NCBI GenBank assembly: GCA_049599475.1
Contig: JBMYOQ010000045.1
Coordinates: 1-34,702, forward strand
Length of the DNA stretch: 34,702 nt
Reading direction: 5' to 3'
From: Opitutales bacterium
GTDB taxonomy: Bacteria; Verrucomicrobiota; Verrucomicrobiia; Opitutales; JABSRG01
Shown: piece after piece, positions 1 through 7,913 of the stretch
How the letters are laid out: each line of letters starts with the position of its first letter
Numbering within the stretch: position 1 is the stretch's first letter
Made by a program: the position numbers and the translations under genes
Notes under the pieces: generated by a model
What the model was told of the DNA's origin: nothing
Database searches by the model: none
The model's input: the letters and a program-made list of their open reading frames with translations, nothing else

Positions 1-4
1 ACGT

Positions 5-100
5 CAACTAAATCAATAATTATGCCTAGCCCCCAATCTTTGGTGTAGACCCCAACTAACTCAAAATATATGCCCAGACCCCAATCTCTGGTGTAGACCC
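5..100. repeat. Two-copy 48-bp tandem repeat in the presumed host flank
   Basis: 5-52 and 53-100 align without gaps at 41/48 positions; shared core CCCCAATCTyTGGTGTAGACCC. Confidence 0.85.
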
Positions 101-118
101 CCTTCATCCTTATCAAAA

Positions 119-148
119 TGGTCGGGCCTACTGGATTCGAACCAGCGA
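119..148 (-). other. att core: 3' fragment of a tRNA (T arm, acceptor strand, CCA); possibly tRNA-Pro
   Basis: Minus strand reads TCGCTGGTTCGAATCCAGTAGGCCCGACCA: T stem GCTGG/CCAGT, loop TTCGAAT, then AGGCCCG-A-CCA. tRNA similarity stops at 148. The CCGACCA ending is typical of tRNA-Pro, but the identity is not certain. Confidence 0.85.
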
Positions 149-350
149 TAAAAATTCTGTAAGCTGCGCGAAATCAATAACTAAGGACTTTTGTGAAGCG
201 TGCTGCACACCTCTCAGCACACCCGAGGATTTAAAGCCCGTTTTGAAGGCTTGGCCGACCCTTCCAGGCCATCTGAAAGCCGCGGTTCTGGCGATTGTGA
301 ATTAATCTATAGCCCCTGTATCTGAATCGGGAATGCGAGCGTTTGACGAT

Positions 351-446
351 ATATACGTGAAAATGATAGACAGGATATACGTGTTAGTGATAAGCTTGAT
401 AAAAGTGTAATTGATAATCATTATAAACGTGTGATTGAAACGACTG
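351..446 (+). repeat. Four degenerate 24-bp direct repeats directly upstream of the fic gene
   Basis: ATATACGTG (351), ATATACGTG (375), ATAAAAGTG (399) and ATAAACGTG (423), each followed 4 nt later by TGATA/TGAAA (364, 388, 412, 436). Confidence 0.75.
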
Positions 447-450
447 CGAT

Positions 451-1965
451 ATGCCAAGCCCGTCAGAAAATTTAGCGAAGTCTTTGGACGCTCTTCGAGA
501 TCTTCAGAAGCAGGGGCACGGACTCGCGATACGCTCAAAAGATCTCTCAAGAACCAATCGAGAAAGGCTGCTCAACAGTGGCTTTATTCGTGAGGTCATG
601 AAGGGCTGGTATTTTCCGGTCAATCCACATGAGAAAACAGGAGAGAGTACGTCATGGTATGCAGCCTTCTGGCCGTTTTGTGCAGCCTATTTGAGGGAGC
701 GCTTCGGAGAGGATTGGTGCCTATCGCCAGAGCAATCTCTGAGTCTACATGCCGGAAACACCACGGTTCCTTCGCAACTCTTGGTAAGGACGCCAAAAGG
801 CTTTCACAACACCGTTCGCTTACCCCATGGCACTTCAATTTTTGACTTAAAAGCGCAGCTTCCATCATCGGATCAAATTGAGCAGAAAGATAATCTAAAC
901 ATATTCTCGGTTGAGACCGCGTTGATCCATGCGTCTCCAGGGTTTTACAAGCAGAACGCTTTGGATGTGAGAGCCGTTCTTTCTATCATCAAAGACGGCT
1001 CGAAGCTTTTGGAAAAATTGCTCGAAGGCGGGCATAGCCGTATAGCAGGCAGGCTTGCAGGCGCATTCCGAAGCGTAGGTAAAGACCGTATTGCTGACGA
1101 TATTTTGAAGACAATGCGCAGTGTGGGTTATACAGTAAACGAAGAGAAACCCTTTGAAATAGACCTTATTGTTCCAAAGCGTGAATTTTCTCCCCACGCC
1201 AATCGGATCTCGATCATGTGGGAAGAAATGCGGACTCAAATCATTGAGCACTTTCCTGAAGCGCCAGGACTCCCCAAAAGCAAAAAAGCCTATCTCGAAT
1301 CCCTTGCCGACATCTATGCGGCAGATGCCTACAACTCCCTCTCTATCGAAGGTTACCGCGTCACACCCGAACTCATTGAGCGGGTGCGCTCTGGTCAATG
1401 GAATCCAGATCAAATGGAAGCCGACCGTGCCCAGCGAGACGCACTCGCGGCGCGTGGCTACTGGCAGGCCTTCCAAGAGGTGAAGCGTGGTGTCGAACAG
1501 ATTCTGGATGGCGATCAGCCCGGGAAGGTTGCCGATGAAAACCACGGCGACTGGTATCGTGAGCTATTCGCGCCAAGTGTTACTGCAGGCATTCTCAAAG
1601 CTTCAGACCTAGCAGGGTATCGTTCAACACCTGTTTATATCCGGCAATCGATGCATGTACCCATGAACACGGAAGCCGTGCGCGACGCTATGCCGCGTTT
1701 CTTCGAGTTGCTTTCTGCGGAAGATAATCCAGCAGTACGCGTTGTTCTCGGTCATTTTATCTTTGTCTACATTCATCCCTATCCTGACGGCAATGGCCGG
1801 ATCGGCCGTTTTCTCATGAATACAATGCTCGCCGCTGGAGGCTACCCTTGGCTGGTTGTCCCTGTAGAGAAACGTGACGCCTATATGGCTGCGCTTGAAT
1901 CCGCCAGCGTTCAAAACGACATCATCCCCTTCACCCAATTTCTCGCTGGGTGCATGGAAGAATGA
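451..1965 (+). CDS. Fic family protein (class II-like) with an N-terminal AbiEi-like/wHTH region
   Basis: Fic motif HPYPDGNGRIGR; upstream inhibitory-helix motif SLSIEG (S/TxxxEG). Confidence 0.92.
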   Translation: MPSPSENLAKSLDALRDLQKQGHGLAIRSKDLSRTNRERLLNSGFIREVMKGWYFPVNPHEKTGESTSWYAAFWPFCAAYLRERFGEDWCLSPEQSLSLHAGNTTVPSQLLVRTPKGFHNTVRLPHGTSIFDLKAQLPSSDQIEQKDNLNIFSVETALIHASPGFYKQNALDVRAVLSIIKDGSKLLEKLLEGGHSRIAGRLAGAFRSVGKDRIADDILKTMRSVGYTVNEEKPFEIDLIVPKREFSPHANRISIMWEEMRTQIIEHFPEAPGLPKSKKAYLESLADIYAADAYNSLSIEGYRVTPELIERVRSGQWNPDQMEADRAQRDALAARGYWQAFQEVKRGVEQILDGDQPGKVADENHGDWYRELFAPSVTAGILKASDLAGYRSTPVYIRQSMHVPMNTEAVRDAMPRFFELLSAEDNPAVRVVLGHFIFVYIHPYPDGNGRIGRFLMNTMLAAGGYPWLVVPVEKRDAYMAALESASVQNDIIPFTQFLAGCMEE

Positions 1966-1974
1966 GGAACCAGA

Positions 1975-3477
1975 TCAGCTGCTAATCTGGTCCCAATTCG
2001 CACGCTGCAAAATCATCGGTTTCTTGCCAGGGATGCAGATGAGCTGGCGGTTCATGTGGTCATCACGCGCGAAAAACTGCCGCACCTCTTCCGGTGTCAT
2101 GAGATCCTGAACTTGGTGGCGATAACTGAAGCCAGTCGCTCCAGCGCGCAGGGAATCCAAGGTGCTGTCTGCTCGGTCCTGCACGCGCAGCGTTGTTTTC
2201 CCAAGATACTTGCTTATCCATTCGCTGGTAAAGAAATCGACCGTTCCAAAGAACTGAAGAACGCCACTATTACCCAGAAACGTCTCATAATTTTTGTAGA
2301 GTGATTTGAGCTGCCCGAGGTCCTGAATGATCGAGTGAATCCTCAGCCCCAGCCCTGCAACTAATCCAATCGCAGTCTCAAGTTCCTTCATTGGGCCGAG
2401 CACGGGCATCTCATCGATAATCATCTTGATTGGGATGTCTGGCTGGATGGGGCATCGCTCGACGGCTCCCAGTGTTTGATTTACGAATAGTCGCAACCAT
2501 TGGCGACACGTACCCATACGCATCGCGGGCAAACACAAATACAGAGAAATCTTCTTTGATTTAAGATCTTCAAGGCTGAAGCAGTTATCTCCCTTGAGCA
2601 CATTTTGCATCGATTGATAGCGCAAAAATTTTAGATTTTTGCGGACATTCGAAAGTACGGATGCCCCTTCTTCTTTGCCGCGCTCCTTCATCGCGCGGGC
2701 TCCTGCCGCAACGACGTCGTCCGGTCCGCCACAAATGATCATATCGTCATAAAGCTCCCTCATGCTCTCATGGCGCTTGCATGCGATAAGCTCGTAAACC
2801 GTAATTAGATTGCGCTCTTCCGGTCTAAAAAAGCCAGTCGCAACGTATAGAATGACTACCGTGATGAAGTCTTTCGCAGTGTCGTCCCAGTGAGCGTCCT
2901 TAGTATTTGTGGAGACAACCACAGCATCAGCGATGAGTTCAGCGTCTTCGATCAGCGTCGCGCTATTTACATCAAGGGCGGCAATAGGATTGTAGGTCTT
3001 TCGGAGCGACGCTAGTTTGGGGTCTGTAATTTCAAACGGATCAAGTACGATCACGGTCTGCCCTAGCTTATCGCGTCTTATCAATCCTGTAGCGTTCGTA
3101 TTCTCGCCTTTCGGATCGAAGCAAACGATCGAGCCACCGTAATTGGAAAGGTTTGGGATGATCATGGAACGCCCTTTTCCGGAACGTGATCCAGCTACTG
3201 TGACTAGATGGCGGTCATCACGATTACCAACCAGAGTTCCACCCGTTGTTCTCGTTTCTGCACGGCCATCCTCTCTTATAACCGTTTCGCTACATCCATT
3301 TATCATCCCAATGAGCGTATCCGCGCTGTTAGACACGTAGCTCATCTGTGCAATGTTGTCCGGATTCTCAAACGCAGAAACTGGCAACGCATCAAGATGA
3401 TCGGGACGGCCTATTTGCCCCCTAGGAACGTCATCTTGAATTTGGTCTGCTTTAGGTCTCTTTTTAAACAGGCGCAT
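1975..3477 (-). CDS. virD4: Type IV coupling protein, VirD4/TraG family
   Basis: Walker A AGSRSGKG, FDPKGE, Walker B IIDEMPVLG, IIQDLGQLKSLY and LMTPEEVR. Confidence 0.92.
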   Translation of the reverse strand: MRLFKKRPKADQIQDDVPRGQIGRPDHLDALPVSAFENPDNIAQMSYVSNSADTLIGMINGCSETVIREDGRAETRTTGGTLVGNRDDRHLVTVAGSRSGKGRSMIIPNLSNYGGSIVCFDPKGENTNATGLIRRDKLGQTVIVLDPFEITDPKLASLRKTYNPIAALDVNSATLIEDAELIADAVVVSTNTKDAHWDDTAKDFITVVILYVATGFFRPEERNLITVYELIACKRHESMRELYDDMIICGGPDDVVAAGARAMKERGKEEGASVLSNVRKNLKFLRYQSMQNVLKGDNCFSLEDLKSKKISLYLCLPAMRMGTCRQWLRLFVNQTLGAVERCPIQPDIPIKMIIDEMPVLGPMKELETAIGLVAGLGLRIHSIIQDLGQLKSLYKNYETFLGNSGVLQFFGTVDFFTSEWISKYLGKTTLRVQDRADSTLDSLRAGATGFSYRHQVQDLMTPEEVRQFFARDDHMNRQLICIPGKKPMILQRANWDQISS

Positions 3478-4069
3478 AATTCAAAAGTCCTTTCTTGTAA
3501 GCAATTTCCAACATCGCGCTCGCCTTTGCCCAAGTTCGATCAGCATCCGGCCTCGTGTAGATTTCAGCGACGATCGCAATAGGCTTGCCGTTTTCTAGAA
3601 GCAAAAGCCTCTGAGAATTTCGATAGATAAGGCTGGAAGGATTTTCAAAGGGGACCATGCGAAAGCTGAGGCCACCATTTACAATGATTGTCCTTCGAAA
3701 AAATGTGCTAGATATTTTGATACGACCGCGCTCAACTTTCATTCGCAGCGGATTGCCTAAGCATGCTCCAATGATCTTGAATCCTGAGAGATGCTCGATG
3801 TGATAAAGGAGGAACGTGCCCGCCATCCATAGATACACGACTTCCCGATTAAAACCTGCGTATAGCGCAAAGACATTCGTGCCAAATGTGAGCAAAAAAC
3901 GATCGACCAACAATGTGGTAAAGATCAACCCCCACGCAAGTACCGCAGGTGCGAGGAACGCATTTTCAATCTGAGAAAAAACACTTGGCGTAATGAACTT
4001 CTCATTCATTTTCACATACTTTTTTCGTATCCGAATGCCACGATAGCTCCTGAAATTACGGTGCTGCAT
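3464..4069 (-). CDS. Hypothetical membrane protein overlapping the virD4 start
   Basis: Two hydrophobic segments; 14-nt overlap with virD4; the true start may be the internal Met (MNEKF). Confidence 0.65.
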   Translation of the reverse strand: MQHRNFRSYRGIRIRKKYVKMNEKFITPSVFSQIENAFLAPAVLAWGLIFTTLLVDRFLLTFGTNVFALYAGFNREVVYLWMAGTFLLYHIEHLSGFKIIGACLGNPLRMKVERGRIKISSTFFRRTIIVNGGLSFRMVPFENPSSLIYRNSQRLLLLENGKPIAIVAEIYTRPDADRTWAKASAMLEIAYKKGLLNYAPV

Positions 4070-4070
4070 A

Positions 4071-4550
4071 TTATCGCCCCCTCCCTTCAGTGCGCTCGTT
4101 GAAGTCTTGCTTTACAGCGCTAACAATATCCCGTGCTGACTTGACGAATTCTTCACGCTCCTCCAGCTGCGTATTTCGCATCTTATGCAACTCCGCTGAT
4201 TCCTCACGCATGACCTCTGCCGTAGCATCATGGATGGCACGTTTTGACAGTTCGGAACGATCAGGCCCAAGGAGGTCTTTAGGCCTGAGGTTTGGGTTTA
4301 TTTCGCGGACAGCCTCGTTGAGTTTCAAGTCCGCAATATCTTCGACCTTCTTAGGCCTCTCCAGCTCCAGAGCTTTTTGCCGCTCTTCCATTTCGAAACT
4401 TTGCTTCAAAAGGCACGCCTCGTAGAGCTTGTTCAGTCTTGGGCTACCAAGTTTATACACTTCCAGAGCTAAGCGTTGCTCATCTTCGATACGAGATGCC
4501 TCATCGAAGGAGCCTTTCGCCTCTTTCGGGGATGAATTTTGCAGGGTCAT
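4071..4550 (-). CDS. Hypothetical coiled-coil protein with an Arg-rich C-terminal tail
   Basis: 159-aa charged helical ORF ending 1 nt before the next gene; C-terminus FNERTEGRGR. Confidence 0.75.
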   Translation of the reverse strand: MTLQNSSPKEAKGSFDEASRIEDEQRLALEVYKLGSPRLNKLYEACLLKQSFEMEERQKALELERPKKVEDIADLKLNEAVREINPNLRPKDLLGPDRSELSKRAIHDATAEVMREESAELHKMRNTQLEEREEFVKSARDIVSAVKQDFNERTEGRGR

Positions 4551-4599
4551 GAGAAAATTTGTTAGTATTGGTCTATCAATGACAGATTGGAGGAATAAG

Positions 4600-4887
4600 A
4601 TGGATGAAACAGAAAGAGATGCTGTAGAGCGTCAGGTGATGCAGGAGACGGAACGTGAAGTGACCACAGCTCAGGTGATGGCTCAGGAAGCCATCGCAAG
4701 CATGGAAGAGAGCGGGATCAGCCCCGAAGTGATCGCAATGATCTTTATGACACACGCGATTGAGTTTCCTGCGAAGCGACAGGAGCGAAACATCCAGATA
4801 CAGATAATGGATCAGGTTGAACGCTCCTATCGTCGTATGCAGGATGACCTAAGTCATCTTTCGAGTGGCTTACAGCTTGTTGACTAG
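4600..4887 (+). CDS. Hypothetical protein (95 aa)
   Basis: GGAGG RBS before the ATG at 4600 (MDETERD); fills the gap between minus-strand genes. Confidence 0.6.
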   Translation: MDETERDAVERQVMQETEREVTTAQVMAQEAIASMEESGISPEVIAMIFMTHAIEFPAKRQERNIQIQIMDQVERSYRRMQDDLSHLSSGLQLVD

Positions 4888-5205
4888 CCAGTCCTTAGCG
4901 TCCACCGCCAAGCGCCACAACAAGTCGCTGAGCTTGTTATCTGGCTCGACAAAGGTAAACAATGGCACTTGGCCATAGAGTGTGTGCTTCTCGAAACCGA
5001 TGGTGACCATGGTGCACTCTGCTGCGTAAGCCGGATCACCGACCCACTCATAGCGGAGCGCAGGATGTCCTAACGTAATTTCCATCAGGATAAACAAGAA
5101 GAGAAATACCGCGAACTTAACGAATGGTTTTAACCACTCGGTAAACCTCTGCGAACTGCCATCGTATTGAGGCAAGGGTTGGTGGTGTGAGTTTTGATTG
5201 TGCAT
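4870..5205 (-). CDS. Hypothetical single-pass membrane protein
   Basis: 111 aa with the hydrophobic segment FAVFLFLFILMEITL. Confidence 0.65.
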   Translation of the reverse strand: MHNQNSHHQPLPQYDGSSQRFTEWLKPFVKFAVFLFLFILMEITLGHPALRYEWVGDPAYAAECTMVTIGFEKHTLYGQVPLFTFVEPDNKLSDLLWRLAVDAKDWLVNKL

Positions 5206-5236
5206 AAAAATAAAAGTGGAAGGTTGGAAATTCAGA

Positions 5237-5279
5237 AAAAATGACCCGCCATGCTATTTGGGAGCTGCGGGCCATTTTT
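5237..5279 (-). terminator. Intrinsic terminator after the VWA gene
   Basis: Minus strand AAAAATGGCCCGC-N17-GCGGGTCATTTTTT: a stem with one G-U pair followed by a T run. Confidence 0.6.
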
Positions 5280-5288
5280 GTGGATTTG

Positions 5289-6593
5289 CTACAGGCTGGT
5301 GATATCGACACCCTTAGGTACCCAGGATGTGTCGACGCGTTTCTTGCAGCGAACGAAGGTCAGCTTATGGTTCTCCTGCAGTAGGGCTTGCAGCAGAGTC
5401 GCATAGTGATCTTCGGGCCGAACCCCCGCTTTCGACTGCGGAGCCACATCGCTAACGATCTGGATGTCGACGTTCTTTGATCCGCGTGCGAGGATTTCAC
5501 TTACAGCAATCTTTAGCCCCGCAGCAAAACTCCCCTCCTCATCCATACCGCTAATGCGCGGGACCTGGCGGAAGGCTTTGGCAATTTCCAATGCATTGGC
5601 ATTTTCGCTGTAGAGTGCAGCGTTCCCTGTATCGAAGAGAATAAGGCCGAAATACTCACCCTGATGGTTTCGATACTCAGTCATGCGCCTAGCGATTGTT
5701 TCCAGGGCATCACTGTTGCTGCCTGAGCAGTCCACCAACCAGAGTTTCGTGAACGCTGGAAGCGCTTGGCGGCGCACCACAACATGGTTCGGCGTGAGGT
5801 CTTCAACCGTTAGCATTGCAACTGCAGCTTCATTTGGATCGACCTTCGGGGATAGTGGATCAAATGCACCCGTGCCAATCATCGCCGCAACTTGAGCCGG
5901 ATCAGTTTGAATACTCGCCATCTTACCGCCAATGGACTCCACTGTAAGCGCCCAATAATTCTCGACTTCTCTCAGGTATGCGTCGCTATCTGTCTGCGTG
6001 TCACCCATTGGATTTACCCAATACACTCGGAGTCCATCAATTTTTTCCTCCTCTTGCATACTATAGATAGAGAGAAATTTGTCGGCTGTGATGGAACCAT
6101 GAGATGGCCGACGCAAACGCTTGCGAGGGTCTTCGGGGTAGCGATCATCCAAAAACGAATTTGCGTCGTCGCCCGTCCAAAGAGTGCTACCATAGATTAT
6201 CAAAATCTGCTCGTCCTTTGATTTCTGCAATGAGCGCATCAAACGAGGCGTGTCGACATGCCCAGTAATTGTAGCATTTTTAGACTGGGTTACAGCCGAT
6301 TGCAGGAAACCGCCTAACTGGAAGAAGAACGGCTTAACCGCGCTTTCGCGCATGCGATCATTGCCATACTCTTTCTTTTCAATGCTAGCTTTTTTTGAAG
6401 GCATACCAGATGCACTGACAACCTGAAGAGTATCACCTGGCTCGATGACGTTCAGAATTTCTGCTGAAAGCTGGTAGACCTCACCCGCCATTTTAGGAGT
6501 GAGGTTTTGCGTAGTGGCGATAGTGTAATTGCCACCGAAAAGCGTGGAGCTAGCGCAAATTAACGCCACGAGAATATTCGATATTACATTCAT
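5289..6593 (-). CDS. Secreted protein with a C-terminal VWA domain
   Basis: Signal-peptide-like MNVISNILVALICASSTLFG from the ATG at 6593; MIDAS-like WLVDCSGS, FGLILFD and IVSD. Confidence 0.75.
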   Translation of the reverse strand: MNVISNILVALICASSTLFGGNYTIATTQNLTPKMAGEVYQLSAEILNVIEPGDTLQVVSASGMPSKKASIEKKEYGNDRMRESAVKPFFFQLGGFLQSAVTQSKNATITGHVDTPRLMRSLQKSKDEQILIIYGSTLWTGDDANSFLDDRYPEDPRKRLRRPSHGSITADKFLSIYSMQEEEKIDGLRVYWVNPMGDTQTDSDAYLREVENYWALTVESIGGKMASIQTDPAQVAAMIGTGAFDPLSPKVDPNEAAVAMLTVEDLTPNHVVVRRQALPAFTKLWLVDCSGSNSDALETIARRMTEYRNHQGEYFGLILFDTGNAALYSENANALEIAKAFRQVPRISGMDEEGSFAAGLKIAVSEILARGSKNVDIQIVSDVAPQSKAGVRPEDHYATLLQALLQENHKLTFVRCKKRVDTSWVPKGVDITSL

Positions 6594-6619
6594 AGGATTT
6601 GGGTGTTTTGGATTTGATG

Positions 6620-7648
6620 TTACTTTGAAGAGAAACGTGAAACGAACGCTGCCAGAGCCTTGCCCGGAGCCTTCCCAATTTCCATTTTGTGGATCAGTGC
6701 GCTGAGCTCGGCTCGAGCCTTGTTCAATGCGCGGCGATCCCACCACTGGATGAGGCTGACCGCGTGCTTCTCGATATCGTAGACACGAAGTGCCGCGTTG
6801 AGATATGGGTATGCGCCTTCCTTGAAGAAAATCAGGAAGCAGTAAGAGAAGAAGACCTCTGACCCCATTGCCCCAAGGTAGAGGTTGCTCAAGTCGATGA
6901 TAGAGGGCGGAGCGACTTCCATCGCGATTCCGGCTCCGAAATTTGGAGCAGGTGGGGCGATGGACGATGACTGCTCTACAATGTAGAAGAATTTGTTTGT
7001 GAGCTCGCGGACGAAAAGGGCAAATGAAGAAAAGCCGAACACGACAAGCAAGGCCTCAAGCGGTTGGCGGATAAATGAAAGAGGGCCGTGAGTTGCAAAC
7101 TTTACCCCGAAGGATCCCAGTGCTGCAATAAATGCAATGCCGACTGCGCTGAAAACGGATGCTGAAAGCGACTGGCTCTTCACGTAGAAGAAGGTAACGG
7201 TGAAGGTCGCTGTGATGATCGCAGTCATACCGCTTAGGAAGAAGGCTCGGGTCGCCATTGCGCTGCCCCAGAACTTATCAATAAGCACATCGGCCATTCC
7301 CTGGAGACGAATTTTTTCAAGCTTCGCGTCACGATCTTGAACCGCTTTTGACTTAGTCTCGATAATGCTGCGGCAGATTTCCATCCGCTTCCGTTCGTGA
7401 TCAGTCAAGCCACTAGCGCTCTCACGCATCATCTTAACCAGCTTGGGGTTCATGCCAGCGGCATTCATGAGCTCGCCGACAACGTGGGTGAGTAACTCAT
7501 GCCCTGCGGTGTGATCCTCGTAGGTGACGCGCGGCTCTGGATTTACATCCGGAACGAAGTTCTCAGGGACATAAAAATCGCGGGGATCTTTTGAAGTATT
7601 ACCGGAATTTGGGCCGTTTGAGGGCGTATTCGTATCAGAAGTAGTCAT
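6620..7648 (-). CDS. Hypothetical polytopic membrane protein (about 4 TM helices)
   Basis: Long ORF with four hydrophobic stretches; start uncertain (ATG 7648, or ATG 7468 if the promoter motif at 7552-7527 is used). Confidence 0.75.
   Translation of the reverse strand: MTTSDTNTPSNGPNSGNTSKDPRDFYVPENFVPDVNPEPRVTYEDHTAGHELLTHVVGELMNAAGMNPKLVKMMRESASGLTDHERKRMEICRSIIETKSKAVQDRDAKLEKIRLQGMADVLIDKFWGSAMATRAFFLSGMTAIITATFTVTFFYVKSQSLSASVFSAVGIAFIAALGSFGVKFATHGPLSFIRQPLEALLVVFGFSSFALFVRELTNKFFYIVEQSSSIAPPAPNFGAGIAMEVAPPSIIDLSNLYLGAMGSEVFFSYCFLIFFKEGAYPYLNAALRVYDIEKHAVSLIQWWDRRALNKARAELSALIHKMEIGKAPGKALAAFVSRFSSK
7527..7552 (-). promoter_or_regulatory. Putative ECF-type promoter CCGGAT-N17-CGT
   Basis: Minus strand CCGGAT gtaaatccagagccgcg CGT, pointing into the membrane/VWA genes. 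Confidence 0.5.
7602..7627 (+). promoter_or_regulatory. Putative ECF-type promoter, one-mismatch copy
   Basis: CCGGAA tttgggccgtttgaggg CGT, pointing toward the sigma factor operon. Confidence 0.35.
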
Positions 7649-7913
7649 ACAGGTTACAGGTTCGTGGTTACTGGAATCGAGACCTGAACCGTAGATGATC
7701 ACTCAAAATTGGGAAATCTTTATAAAGTTCCTAAATGTTTGATAGTAAATATATTAGGGATAAATTATTGCTGAAAATTGCGCACAAATTGTCCGCAAAT
7801 TGTGCTTCGCTGATTTTGCCAATTTTTACTCAACGTTGACAAAACGATTGCCCTTTGCGCATCGATTATTAGATATCAGTTTTCGAGTCTCCAACCCTAA
7901 CCTGGACCCTCTC

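Noticed and set aside
5..100. CRISPR array
   Set aside because: The whole 48-bp units are similar, so there are no unique spacers; only two copies are visible and no cas genes are present.
118..162. ORF MVGPTGFEPAIKIL
   Set aside because: This is the usual antisense translation of a tRNA 3' end.
119..200. Complete tRNA gene
   Set aside because: Only the T arm and 3' acceptor strand are present; no anticodon or D arm lies beyond 148.
302..550. 82-aa minus-strand ORF
   Set aside because: It is the antisense reading of the 24-bp repeat array and the fic start.
6594..6746. N-terminal extension of the VWA ORF in the ORF track
   Set aside because: It overlaps the upstream gene, and the signal peptide begins at ATG 6593. 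Similar over-extended starts were trimmed for the ORFs at 4429, 7800, 9393, 10109, 13113, 15157, 17566, 21300, 21966, 22463, 31560 and 33306.
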